In this document: positions 12,026-24,244 of the stretch, one piece after another
Numbering within the stretch: position 1 is the first letter of the stretch
Layout of the letters: each line of letters starts with the position of its first letter
Assembly: GCA_036785375.1 (NCBI GenBank)
Contig: JAWMAR010000546.1
Coordinates: 1,116,001 to 1,180,000 of the forward strand
Length of the DNA: 64,000 bases
Reading direction: 5' to 3'
DNA from: Leucoraja ocellata
Lineage: Eukaryota
Position numbers and translations under genes: made by a program
The notes under the pieces: model-generated
The model's input: the letters and a program-made list of their open reading frames with translations, nothing else
What the model was told of the DNA's origin: nothing
Database searches by the model: none

Positions 12026-15000
12026 GACTGCAAGGCACCGAAATTTCGTTCAGACCGAAAGGTCTGAATGACAATAAAGGCTACTTTGACTTGACTTAAA
12101 CCCCGGTAAACCCCGCTAAGCCCCAGTAAATGCCTGTAAACCCATGTAGACCCATCTAGATCCCGGTAAACCCCTATCTGGCCCTCTAAAACCATCTACA
12201 CCCCGTCAACCCCATGTAAACCCCCCCAAACCCCATGTTAACCTCTCTAAACCCTTCTAAACCCCTCTAAACCCATGTAAACCCCCGTAAAGACCTGTAA
12301 ACCCCGTGTAAACACCTGGAAACCTCTCTAAAACCCTTGAAACCTCTGTAAACCCCTCTAAACCTCTCTACACCTGTAAACACCTGTAAACCAAATCCTT
12401 CTAAACCTCATGTAAACCCCTGTTAGCACCTCTAAACCCATCTAAAGCCCCCTATAACCACCATGGAAACTCCCCTAATCCCCTGTAAACCCCACGAAAA
12501 CCAATACTAAACATCTGTAATCCCCTCTAAATCCATGAAAACCTCTCTAAACCCCTGTAAACTTCTCTAAACTCGCTAAACCCTTGTAAACCCCTCTAAA
12601 CCTCTCTACGCCTGTAAACACATGTAAACCCCATGTTAACACCTTTAAACCCCTGTACACCACTCTAAAACCCTCTAAACACATGTAAACTCCTCTAAAC
12701 CACGCTAAATCTCTCTAAACACCCGTAAACACATGTAAAGTCATGTAAACCCATTAAACCCCTCTTAACACATCTAAAACTGTCTAAACCCCCCGCCAAC
12801 CTCTCCAAACCGCTCTAAACCTCTCCAGACTCCTCCAAACCCCTGAACACCCCTCAAAACCACTCCAAGCCCCTCTAAACCGATATAAAGCCATCTACAC
12901 CCTTACAAACACCTGTATACTACATGTAACCCCCTCTAAACCCTGTGAACCACTCTAAACACATCTGTACCCCCAATAAAGCCAACTAAACCCCTCTAAA
13001 ACCATGTAAAATCTCTCAAAACACTAAACCTCTGTAAACCCCATGTAATCCCCCCCTAAACCCCTCTAAACCCCTCTAAACCCCCTGTAAACCTCTTTAA
13101 CACCCTCTACAGCCATCTAACCCCTTCTAAACCTATCTAAACACCTGCTAACAACTGTATACCACTCTAAACCCCTCTAAACTCATCTAAAATACTCTAA
13201 ACCATTCTAAACGCCTATAAATCTCTCTAAACCCCTGTAATTCCCACTAGCCCCTAAACCCCCTGTAAACCCCATGTAAACCCCCAGAACCCATGTACAC
13301 CCCATGTAAAACCTCTCTAAACACATCTAAAACCCCTGTAACCTCCAATTAAACCCCCCTAAACCCCGTGTAAACCCATTCAACACCCTCTAAAATTGTC
13401 TAAACCCCTCTAAACCTCTCTAAACACATGCAAACACCTGTAAACCTCTCTAAGCCCCTCTAAACTCATCTAAAACACTCTAAACCATTCTAAACGCCTG
13501 TAATTCCCTCTAAACCCCCTGTAAACCCCCTGTAAACCCCATGTAAACCCCCCCTAAACTCATGTAAAACCTTCTAATCCCCTGTAAACATCTCGAAAAC
13601 CCTCTAAACCCCTCTAAACCTCTCTAAATACCTGTAAACACCTGTGAACACATGTAACTCCCTCCAAACACGTCTAAACCCATCTAAAAACCTCTAAACC
13701 CCTCTAAACCCCTGTAAACCCCTCTAAACCCCTGTAAATCCCTCTAAACCCCTCCAAACCACTCTAACCCCCTCGAAATTCCTCCAAACCGCTTTAAACC
13801 TCCTCAAATCCCCGCAAACCCCTCCAAAGCCCCCCAAACCCATGTAAACCCCTCTAAACTCTCGTGAACCACTCTAAATGCCTCTAAACCGCTACAAGGC
13901 CCGGTGAACCTGTCAAAACCCCTGTAAAGCCCTGTAACACCTATACAGCCCTGCAAATCCCTCTAAACCCATCTAAACCCCCTGTAAACCCCATGTAAAC
14001 CCATCAAAACCACTGTAAACTCATATACACATATGTAAACCACTCTAAACCCTGTAAGCCTCTGTACAACCTTCTAAACATCTGTACACACAGGTAAACC
14101 CTGTCGAGATTCCTCTAAACACCCTGTAAACCTCTCTAAAACCCTCTAAACATCGGTAAACCCCTCTAAACCCCATGTAAACTCCCTAAACACCTGTAAA
14201 CATTTCTAAAACACTCTAAACCCCACTAAACACCTCTAAACCACTCTAAACCTCTCTAAATATCTGTAAACATCTGTAAATTCCTCTAAACCGATGTAAA
14301 TCCCTCTAAACCCCTCCAAACCCCTCTAACCACCTCCAAATGCCTCCAAACCGCTCTAAACCTCCCCAGACACCTACACACCCCTGCAAACCCCCTCTAA
14401 ATATCTCCAACCCCTTCCAAAGCCCTCCAAACCCCTATGAAGCCCTCTAAACCCCCCTATAAACACCCTGTAAACCCCTGTAAGATACTATAACCCCATG
14501 TAAACCTCCCTAAACCACTGTAAACCTCTCTAAACCCCTATAAAGCCTTGTAAACCCTTCTAAACCCATCTAAACCCCCTGTAAGCACCATGGAAACCCC
14601 CATAAACCCCCGTAAACCCCGTGTAAAACCCCTAAACCCCTGTAAACCCCCTAAAACCCTGAAAACCCAATGTAAACACCCCTAAACCCTGTAAACCCTT
14701 CTAATCCTCTGTAAACATCTTTAAAACCCACCAAACCACTCTAACCCACTCTAAACCTCTGTAAACAACTTAAATCCAGACCAAACCCCTCTAACCCACT
14801 CTAAACCACCAAACCGCTCAAAACCTCTCCAGACCCCTCCAAACCGCCCCACACCCCTCTAAACCCCTATAACCCCTCCCTCTAAACCTCATGTAAGCCC
14901 CTCTAAATCCATGTGAATCATTCTAAACGCCTATAAACCGCAATAAAGCCCGCTAAACCCCTCTAAACCCATATAAACCTCTCTAAACCCCTATAAAGCC

Positions 15001-17133
15001 TTGGAAACCCCCATAATCCCCTGTAGACCCCGTGTAAAATCCCCTAAACCCCTGTAAACCATTGTAAACGCATGTAAACCTCTCTAAACATCTCTAACCC
15101 CTGTAAACATCTCCAAATCCCTCTAAACCACTACAAGCCCTTGTAAACCCCCTGTAAATGCATCTGAACCCCCCTAAACACCTCTAAACCCTGGTAACCG
15201 CTCTAAACCCCTGTGAACCTCTCTAAACCCCTCCAAACATCTCTAAACCCCCTGTAAACCCATGTAGACCCCTTAAACCCCTGTAAACCTCTCTAAAGCA
15301 CTCTAAAGCCGTCTAAACCCCCTATAAACTCCCGCAATCATCTGTAAACCTCTCTAAACCCATCTAAAACGCTCTAAACCCATCTGAACCCCTGTAAATC
15401 CCTCTAAACACCTCTAAACACTTGTAATCCCTGGTAAACCCCGCTAAGCCCCAATAAACGCCTGTAAACCCCTTTAGATCCCTGTAACCCCCCTCTAAAC
15501 CTCTATAAACACCCTATAAAGACCTCTAAACCCATCTATACCCAAGTAAACACCTGTAAAGACCTGTAAACCCCACGTAAACCCGTCTAGACACCTGTAA
15601 ACCCCTCTAAAACCCTGTAAAGCCTACTCAACAGCTGAAAACATCTCTAAACCTCTAAGACCATTTAACCCGCTCTAAATCACGCTAAACCTCTCTAAAT
15701 ACCTGTAAACACTCGTAAACACCTGTAAAACGCGCTAAACCCCTGTAAATCTCTCTAAACCCCTCCAAACTGCTCTAAACCTCTCCATACACCCCCAAAC
15801 ACCATGCAAACCCCCTGTAAATCCCTTCAAAGCCCTCCAAAGACCCCGCAAAGCCCCAGTAAACGCCGGCAAACCACTGTAAACCCCTTTAGATCCCTGT
15901 AAACCCCTCTAAACTAATGTAAACCTCTCTAAATCCCTCTAACCCCCCTGTAAACCATACTAAATCTCGCTACACCTGTAAACCCCTCTCCACCTGTAAA
16001 CCCCTATAAACCTCTCTAAAACCCTCTAAACATGTGTAAACCCCTCGAAACCCCTGTAAAGCCTACTAAACACCTGTAAATATCTCTAAAACCCTCTAAA
16101 CCCTTCAAAACCGTTCTAAACCCCTCTAAACCCATCTAAAACCCTCCGAACCACTCTAACCCCCTCGAAATCCCTCCAAACTGCACTAAACCTCTCCAGA
16201 GACCTCCAAACTCCTGTAACCCCCTCTAAATCCATCCAAAGCCCCCCCAAAGCCAACCAAACACATATAAAGCCATCTAACCCCATATAACACCCTGTAA
16301 ACCCCATGTAAACCAATCTAAACCGCAGTTAATTACTCTAGACGTCTCTAAACCCCTATACAGCCCGCTGAACCCCTTAAAACCCCATGTAAACACCATG
16401 TAAACCCCCAAAACCACTGGAAACTCCTCTCAACCCTTGTAAACCTGTTAATCTCTCTAAACCGTCTAAACACCTATAAACACGTGTAACCCCTATGTAA
16501 ACCCCTCTAACCCCCTGTAAACCTCTCTAAAACACCCTAAACGCCTGTAAACCACTATAAACCTCTGTAAACCCCTCTAAACACATATAAAACCCACTAA
16601 ACCCCTCAAAACCCATCTACCCCCCCCCCCCCCAAACCCGGTAAACCCCTGTAAACATCTCTAAACAACTATAAAAGCCCTCTAAACCCCTAAAAACCCA
16701 TCAAAACACCTGTAAACACGTAAACCCCCTAACCCCCTGTAAACCCTTATAAACCCATATAAACCCCTGTACATCCCTCTGAACCCCTGTAAATCCCTCT
16801 AACCTCCTCTAAACACCTCTAAACACTTGTAAACCCCGGTAAACCCCGCTAAGCCCCAGTAAACGCCAGTAAACCCCTCTAGATCCCTGTAAACCTCTGT
16901 AAACCTATCTAAACACACCATATATACCTCTAAACCCCTCTAAACCCCTGGAAACCCCTCTAAAACCATCGAAACCTCTGTAAACCCGTCTAAACCTCTC
17001 TACACCTATAAACACCTGTATACCCCTTTAAACCGCTCTAAACCCCCTAAAACGCCCTCTAAACCCCAGTAGGCCCATCTAAACCCCTTGTATACCCCAT
17101 GTAGGCCCCCTTAAACCCCTGTAAACCCCCCGG

Positions 17134-17320
17134 GGGGGGGGGGGCGGCGGGGTGCGGCGGCTGGGACGGAAGCAGCAGCAGCGACAGCGGCGGCCTGGCC
17201 ACGGAGCTGGGGCGGCGGCCCGGACTCGCAGCAACAATTTTTTTGCGCCCCTAAAAATTTAGCGCCCGGGGCAACCGCCCCACTGCCCCCTCCCTCCCCA
17301 CCCCCCACGCTACGCCACTG
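17134..17320. mobile_element. MITE end, probably hAT-type (terminus reads CAGTGGCGTAGCG on minus strand)
   Basis: GC-rich segment ending ..cgctacgccactg. Only one terminus seen. Confidence 0.5.
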
Positions 17321-17478
17321 GCTGTGTCTACCAAAGGTTGTATCTACCAAGGGATGTGTTTACCCAGGGTTGTGTTTACCAATGGTTGTGTCTATCGAAG
17401 GTTATGTCTACCAAGCTTTGTTTCGACCAAGTTGTGTTCATACCAAGGGTTGTGACTACAAAGGGTTGTGTCTATCTC
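17321..17478. repeat. 16-bp minisatellite (GTTGTGTCTACCAAGG), about 10 copies
   Basis: Direct reading. Confidence 0.85.
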
Positions 17479-17609
17479 GTGGGTCTGGTGCGAAAAGCGC
17501 GGGTCTGGTGCGAAAGGGGCGAGCCTGGAGCGTAGAGTGTGAACCTCGTCCGCAAACTGCGAGCCGGGCGCACAAGCTGCGAGCCAGGTGCGAAAAGAGC
17601 GAGTCTCAG

Positions 17610-18003
17610 TAAATGGTGAATTAGTGGAGCGCACCAATAAATGGGGAATTAGTGGAGCGCAACGTTAAATGGTGAATTAGGGGAGCGCAACGTTAAATGG
17701 TGAATTAGTGGAGCGCAACGTTAAATGAGGAATTAGTGGAGCGCAACGTTAAATGGGGAATTAGTGGAGCGCATCATTAAATGGGGAATTAGGGGAGGGC
17801 AACGTTAAATGGGGAATTAGGGGAGCGCAACGTTAAATGGGGAATTAGGGGAGCGCATCATTAAATGGGGAATTAGGGGAGGGCAACGTTAAATGGTGAA
17901 TTAGTGGAGCGCAACGTTAAATGGTGAATTAGTGGAGCGCAACGTTAAATGAGGAATTAGGGGAGCGCATCATTAAATGGGGAATTAGGGGAGGGCAACA
18001 GTA
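17610..18003. repeat. 28-bp minisatellite (TAAATGGKGAATTAGKGGAGCGCAACGT), about 14 copies
   Basis: Head-to-tail units with no spacers. Confidence 0.92.
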
Positions 18004-18007
18004 AACA

Positions 18008-18445
18008 TTGGCGCAGCGGTAGAGTTGCTGCCTCACAGGTTCAGAGACCCGGGTTCGATTCCGACCACGGCCGCCGGCTGCGCGGTTAATACGTTCTCCC
18101 CGTGACCGCGTGGATTTTCTCCAGAGATGCTGCCTGCCCCGCTGCTACTACAGAGTTTTGTGACCACATGTGTTAGATCTGCGTTTCTGAGCTCAAGCTA
18201 TCCAGCACGGTGGCACAGCGGTAGAGTTGCTGCCTGACAGCGCCAGAGACGCGGGTTCAATCCCGACTAAGTGCTGTCTGTGTGGAGTGTGCACGTTCTC
18301 CCCGAGACCACGAGGATTTTCTCCGACATCTTCGGTTTCCTCCCGAACTCCAAGGACGCGCAGGCGTGTAGATATACGGGTTTAAATGTAAATTGTCCCC
18401 AGTGTGTGTCGGACATCGATTATGTGTGGGGGTCGCTGGTCAGTT
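18008..18445 (+). mobile_element. Two tandem tRNA-derived SINE heads (HE1/V-SINE-like)
   Basis: A-box TGGCGCAGCGG / TGGCACAGCGG and B-box GGTTCGATTCC / GGTTCAATCCC at about 18009-18062 and 18211-18265, followed by SINE body. Confidence 0.8.
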
Positions 18446-18589
18446 TCGCACAGTTCCTTTTCGAGACCCTTTTGCCCACAGATGCTGTCTGTCACGCTGG
18501 GTTACTCCAGCTTTTTGTGTGTATCTTCGGTTGAAAGCAGCATCTGCAGCTTCTACATGTGCGAAGCAGTACTTACGTCTGGATATTTG

Positions 18590-18777
18590 CGGGGTTTAGA
18601 GGAGAATTAGAGGGGATTAGATAGGTTTGGGGGGGTTTGAGTGGTTTCGAAGTGTTTAGAGGGGGTTTCGTTGGGCATAGAGGAGTCTAGAGGAGTTTCA
18701 AGGGGTTTAGAGGGGCTTAGGGGGGTTTAGAGGTATTTCGAGGTGTTTAGACGGGTTTAAAGGTGTTTAGAGGGGTT
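18590..18777. repeat. Same satellite in inverted (G-rich) orientation
   Basis: ggggtttagagg units. Confidence 0.85.
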
Positions 18778-19169
18778 ACTCTATGCATTCACAATAATAT
18801 GTGAATGCATAATTCCGACGGGTAACTGCGCACTTCGTCCAAGCACGCTTCATGCAAGCCATCTTAAATGACTACCTAAAATGTCATTTGGCAACCTAAA
18901 AAGCTGCCTATGTTGCCCGGCTGGCAACAGGGAAAAAAAGTTAAGCGAGAGCCCTGTGTCTCCTCCCGTTCCTACCTCCGCCTTCGGGCTCCTCCTCCTT
19001 TTTCCTTTCTTCTCACCGTCTCCCCCCACCCCCTATCAGTCTGAAGAAGGGATTCGGCCCCAAACGTTGCCTATTTCCTTCGCTCCATAGATGCTGCTGC
19101 ACCCGCTGAGTTTCTCCAGCATTTTTGTGTACCTTCGATTTTCCAGCATCTGCAGTTCCTTCTTAAGCA

Positions 19170-19867
19170 GTTTCCCTCCGAGCTGTTTCTTTGCCCCTTC
19201 CTCGCGGCCTACCTCGGGCTGGAGCTGCGTTTCCCGTCGGTACCGGCTGGGACTGCAGCTTCGGCGGTGGCACAGCGCTGGGACACCAACACGGAGCAGG
19301 TGATGCCCTACCCAGGTCGCCGTGCGGTAAGCTCCGGAGTGCGGTCACCGCCAACTAACATCCGAGGAGCTGTGGCTGCGGGCGTCCGGCCGCGGGCGGT
19401 GCTGGATTTGGAGCACCGTGGAGCCTGGGATCCGAGATCGCCAGAGTCGAAGCTCCAGCCAGCGCGGCCTGAGGACTTCGGGAGCCGCGGTCTCCAGGGA
19501 AGAAGTGGCCGCTCCTGACATTTTCAAGATGCTGAGGAGTGTTCACCTGACGCCGGAGTTCCAGCTTCCCGGCAAGAGGGCCTGAAAACATCGGACTGGC
19601 TGTGGAGGCCACAATTGGGCCCCGACCTCGAGTGATTCACAGAGGAAAACTTAACTTTCTGGTGCCTTTCCCCACAGTGGACATTTTTGATTCTGTTATG
19701 GGGGGGACGTTCTTGTTGAATTCTATAATGTGTTGTGTCATTTTTCTCTTTTTTAATTTTTCTATAGATGTACGGAAACTTTATTGTTTCTTTTGTGTAA
19801 AGCACTTTAGTTTCAACGCGAGTTGATTTAAACGTGTTATATAAATAAAATTTACTTACTTACTTAC
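19170..19867 (+). mobile_element. GC-rich non-autonomous retroposon with (TTAC)n tail
   Basis: CpG-rich body, AT-rich 3' part, AATAAA then ttacttacttac. Confidence 0.55.
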
Positions 19868-20039
19868 AAGGAAACTATGTGTATCATTAAGATCCCCTCT
19901 CATCCTTCTAAATTCCAGAGTATACAAGCCCAGCCGCTGAGTAGGGCCCTGTACAACTGCAGAAGGACTACTTTGCTCCTATACTCAACTCTTCTTATTA
20001 TAAAGGCCATGCAAACCTCTTCTCTCGAGCTTGGCAGTC

Positions 20040-22123
20040 TGAATCTAGTGCCATAGCTATTCATAACTGTGATCAAACTGAATCAGGTTTTGACGGTATG
20101 ATGTGGGAATTGGCTGGGATAAACTGGCAAATGTACTTAAAGGCTTAACGATAGATATGCAATGGCAAACATTCAAAGATCCTATGGATGAATTGTACCA
20201 ATTGTTCACCCCTGTCTGGTGTAAAAATAAAACAGGGAAGGCGGCTCAACCGTGGAAAATGATGGAAATTTGGGAATGTTAAATCCAGGCATATAAATTG
20301 TCCAGACAAAGCAGCAAACCGGTGGACTGGGAGAAATTTAAAATTTAACAGAGGAGGATAAAGGGATTAATTAAGTGGGGTAAATAGAGCATGAAAGGAA
20401 AGTTGCAGGGATAATATTAGTGAAGACAAATATAGGCCCCTTACAGTCAGAAACAGGTTAATTTATAATGGTAAACAAGAAATTGGCAGATCAGTTAAAC
20501 AAATACTTTGGTTCTGTCTTCACTAAGGAAGACACAAACAGTCTCCCAGAAATACAAGGGGAACGAGGATCTAGTGGGAGGGAGGAAGTGAAGGGAATCC
20601 ATATGATTCAGGAAATGTTGTTAGGTAAACTGTTGGGACAGAAGACATGTAAATCCCCAGGGCCTGATGGTCTGCATCCGAAACAACACAAGGAGGTGAC
20701 CCTTGAAATCGCGGATGTATTGGTGATCATTTTCCAATGTTCTATAGACATTCAATTAGTTCCTGTGAACTGGAGGGTAGCTAATGTAACCCCATTTTTT
20801 AAGAAAGAAGGGATAGAGAAAACAGGGAATTATAGACGTTAGCCTGACATCGGTAGTGGGGAAGATGTTCGATTATTAAAAATGTAATAGCAGCAAATTT
20901 GGAAAGCAGTGACAGGATCGGGCTGAGTCAGCATGGATTTATGAAGGGAAAATTATGCTTGACTCATTTTCTAGAATTTTTTGAGTATGTAAGAGGGAAA
21001 ATGGATAAGGGAGAGCCTGTGGATGTGGTGCATCTGGACTTTCAAAAGGCCTTTGAAAAGAGAACTGGTTGGCAGACAGGAAGCAAAGAGTAGGAATTAA
21101 CGGGCCCGTTGTAGAATGTCAGGCCGTGACGGGTGGGGTGCCCGCATGGCTCAATGCTAGGATTTTCAATATAGATTAACGATTTAGACAAAATAATTAA
21201 ATTTCGCATCTCCAAGTTTGCGGATGTCACCGAACTGGGTGGTAGTGTGAGCTGTGAGGAGGATTATTTAAGGCTACAGGGTGAGTTAGATAGGTTGGGT
21301 GAGTGGGCAGATGCACGGCAGATGCAGTATAATGTGTATAAATGTGAGGTCATCCACTTTGGTGGCAAGGACAAGGAGACAGATTATTATCCGAATGGTG
21401 TCAGATTAGGAAAAGGGGAGGTGCAACGAGACTTGTGTGTCCTTGTACAATTGTCACTGAAAGTAAGCATACAGGTTAGGCAGGCAGTGAAGAAAGCAAC
21501 TGGCAAGTTGTCCTTCATAGCGAGAGGATTTGAGTATAGCAGCAAGGAGGTCCAACTGCAGTTGTACAGGGCTCTGGTGAGAACACACCTGAGCATCATG
21601 TGCAGTTTTGGACCCTAATTTGTGGAAGGACATTCTTGTCATTGAATGAGTACAGCGTAGGTTCACAGGGTTAATTCCCGGGATGTCTGGACCGACATAT
21701 GATGAAAGAATGGATCGTCTGGGCTTAAATGAAGGGATTAAGAAGGATGAGAGGAGATCTTATAGAAACATATACAATTCTTAAGGGTTTGGACAGGCTG
21801 GATGCGGGAAGAATGTTCCTGATGTTGGGGGGAGTTCAGACATATGGGGCACGGTTTAAGAATAAGGGCTAGGTCATTTAGTGTTGAGATGAGGAAAAAC
21901 TTTTTTTTTGGCAAGAGAGTTGTGAATTTGTGGAATTCTCTGTCTCAGAAGGCAGTGGAGGCCAATTCACTGGATGTTTCCAAGAGAGAGCTATATATAC
22001 TGCTTGGGGCTAACGGAATCAAGGGATATGGGGAGAAAGCAGGAAATGGGTAATGATTTTGGATGATCATATTGAATGGGTGTCGAACGGCTTCCTCCTG
22101 CACCTATTTTCTATGTTTCTATA
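20040..22123 (+). mobile_element. CR1 LINE, degenerate ORF2 plus 3' tail
   Basis: KSPGPDG, GNYR, QHGF, VHLDFQKAF, KCEVIHFG and LWNSL motifs across frameshifted ORFs. Tail ttttctatgtttctat. Confidence 0.92.
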
Positions 22124-23289
22124 TTTTACTAATGTGTTCTAAGTAACCTGCGAACCCTGGTATACCTACTTTCTGCACTGTGGTATCAATTAACCTGTTC
22201 CTTTCTAAATAACTTGCTAACCTCTGTGCCACTATGCAAAAGAAAATCTTGCCTTCTACATTTAGGAGACAAATAACCTAAACTGATTTAACTCTGGAGA
22301 CTCTTTCTTCTTGGGAATGAACATTCCCCCTGCTCTACGCCAAACCCTTGGTATGACCAGCTTCTACCAAACTATTGGCCGGAGCCTCCACGAGAATCTA
22401 AGCACATCAGGTGCACTTTTATGTACCCGGTAAGGGCTCTATTTGGTCCCAGGGCGAAGAAGCCTATTCCTGCCATATTACTGCTCCCACTGCCTTCCAC
22501 TTTTGTGGCAAAACATCTAACTCTATGTCTCCTAAGGTGGTAACTGGAGGGAAACACTGGCCCGATATTGGGACCCATGACGCCAGGCCCACTCAGTATT
22601 CAAACAACGTAAGGTCCGAAAACACAAGGCCCATTCAGTGTTGGTGTTGCATGATGCCACAGAAAGTAGACCCAATCTCTATTCAATGTACTCTGGGCCC
22701 AATCACTTTAGTTGCGGTTACCCTGATAGTGCACTGAATGGGCCAAATGCAATCAGCTGAGAGTAGTCCAGGATACCCAACTAGTGGGATGAGTGGCTTT
22801 GTGGCTCCGTGTGGCCTATTCTTAATTTGGGGGCTGATACTACCTCACTCACCCACCGTCAAAGGCCCAACCAATGTCTAAGTGAAAGCTGCCCAAGATG
22901 GGTAACAGGCAAATCGATCTGAACTCATTTACTATCCGTTGGAGTAATGTGATCCCAGCTAACTCTAGATGCTGGTGATTAATTCTTAATGTCTATCATT
23001 GTCTCATCTTGCCCGTTCTAGACTCCATGCCCAGAATCATACCCATGTACTTTGCTGATCTCTGTGCCAGTGTCAGCTGTATCAAGTGTACTCTCATTGC
23101 TTTGAAACATTTTTTGGAATATTCGACAGTAATATCAGAAGGCATTGTGATATTGCTTAGAGCTTGGTGGAGCAAACAGTTCACCACAACGACCTATTTG
23201 TAGAAGATAGCTACTGTATAAGGGACGGTTGTGAAAAGCGCCTACGTGGTCGCTCTTCTCCTGGAACTTTGGCATAAAATGCATTCAAA

Positions 23290-24190
23290 TATAAGGGGGG
23301 TGTGCACGTAAGGTCACTGGGTCATAGGGCTTGACGCGCGGGGCCGCTCAATTCATCTGGAGGACATCCGTAACTTCCGGTATATTTTATTAATGCAAGA
23401 AATGGGTACTTTCCTACCTGTTAAAAATCCCCAAAATATTGAATTATAGTGCTGTAAAAAATTGTGTAAGTCGGGGTAAGCGTGAGAGACATGTACCCAA
23501 CTTCAGAATTCCAAACGTGAAGCGAAATGAAGGTAAAGAGAAGTGAGAGCTGAAGGGACAACAGCAGCTAAAGTGCTTGGCGAACATTGGCCGTGCAGAT
23601 ATCGGAATTGAAAATATTGGGAATCCTCACGTTTGCTCACTGCATCAACAGTAAGGCATTATTTGTGGTTTTTCTTGATTCCTTTGGTATCTAAAAAGTC
23701 TCAGAAGTGATAAATCTGGCTGTAAATTTTGCTTCAGATACGTTTTCATTTTGTAGGTAAAAACCCACTTGAGAACCATGGGAGATTTTAAAATTTTACA
23801 GCCTGATTTATCACTTCTGAAACTTTTTAGATGCCAAAGGAATCAAGAAAAAACACAAATAATGCCTTAGTTGATGGAATGCAGTGAGCAAAAGGCCAAT
23901 GTTCACCAAGCACTCTGGCTGTTGTTGTCCCTTCAGCTCTCGCTTCTATCTACCGTCATTTCTACTCCCGTTTGGAATTCTGAAGTAGGCTAAATGTCTC
24001 TCAGCTTATCCCGGTTTCCATAATTATTTACAGCGCAAAAATTGATAATTTCAGCGGGTTTTAACGGGCCCACTATGCTGGAAACAATGGTTAGTGCCTA
24101 CCTGCAGTTCATCGCTTGTACTCCAGTTTGAGTGGTGTAGCAACAGTACGGGTCATGGGTCGTGACCCGACTGCCGTGAAACCTCCCTAT
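23290..24190. mobile_element. Non-autonomous DNA transposon / foldback with about 300-bp internal inverted repeat
   Basis: 23417-23730 is an imperfect reverse complement of 23790-24068. Imperfect termini TATAAGGGGGGTGTGCACG / (rc) TATAGGGAGGTTTCACG. Confidence 0.7.
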
Positions 24191-24244
24191 ACATGACCTT
24201 AACGTCATCGGACACCCGAGCGCGCAATGGTCGCATAATCGAAG

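Larger units (their letters stand above)
2230..17130. repeat. Degenerate C-rich satellite, about 10-11-bp unit (TAAACCCCTC / TAAACCCCTG), telomere-like, interrupted by insertions and an N gap
   Basis: Continuous taaacccctc/taaacccctg variants with strong strand asymmetry. Blocks at about 2230-2585, 3432-9047 and 12097-17130. Confidence 0.95.

Noticed and set aside
2230-17130. Class-switch (S) region
   Set aside because: It lies 3' of the C exons rather than in the J-C intron, and is not enriched in AGCT motifs.
17610-18003. 28-bp repeats resembling a CRISPR array
   Set aside because: Units are head-to-tail with no unique spacers, there are no cas genes, and the context is vertebrate.
18008-18270. 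tRNA genes
   Set aside because: A and B boxes run into SINE body sequence and I could not fold a complete cloverleaf.
22300-23200. Possible very old LTR/ERV pol remnant (QRSAKYMGMILG on the minus strand)
   Set aside because: Only a faint motif resemblance with no catalytic motifs. It would need a tBLASTn or HMM hit.
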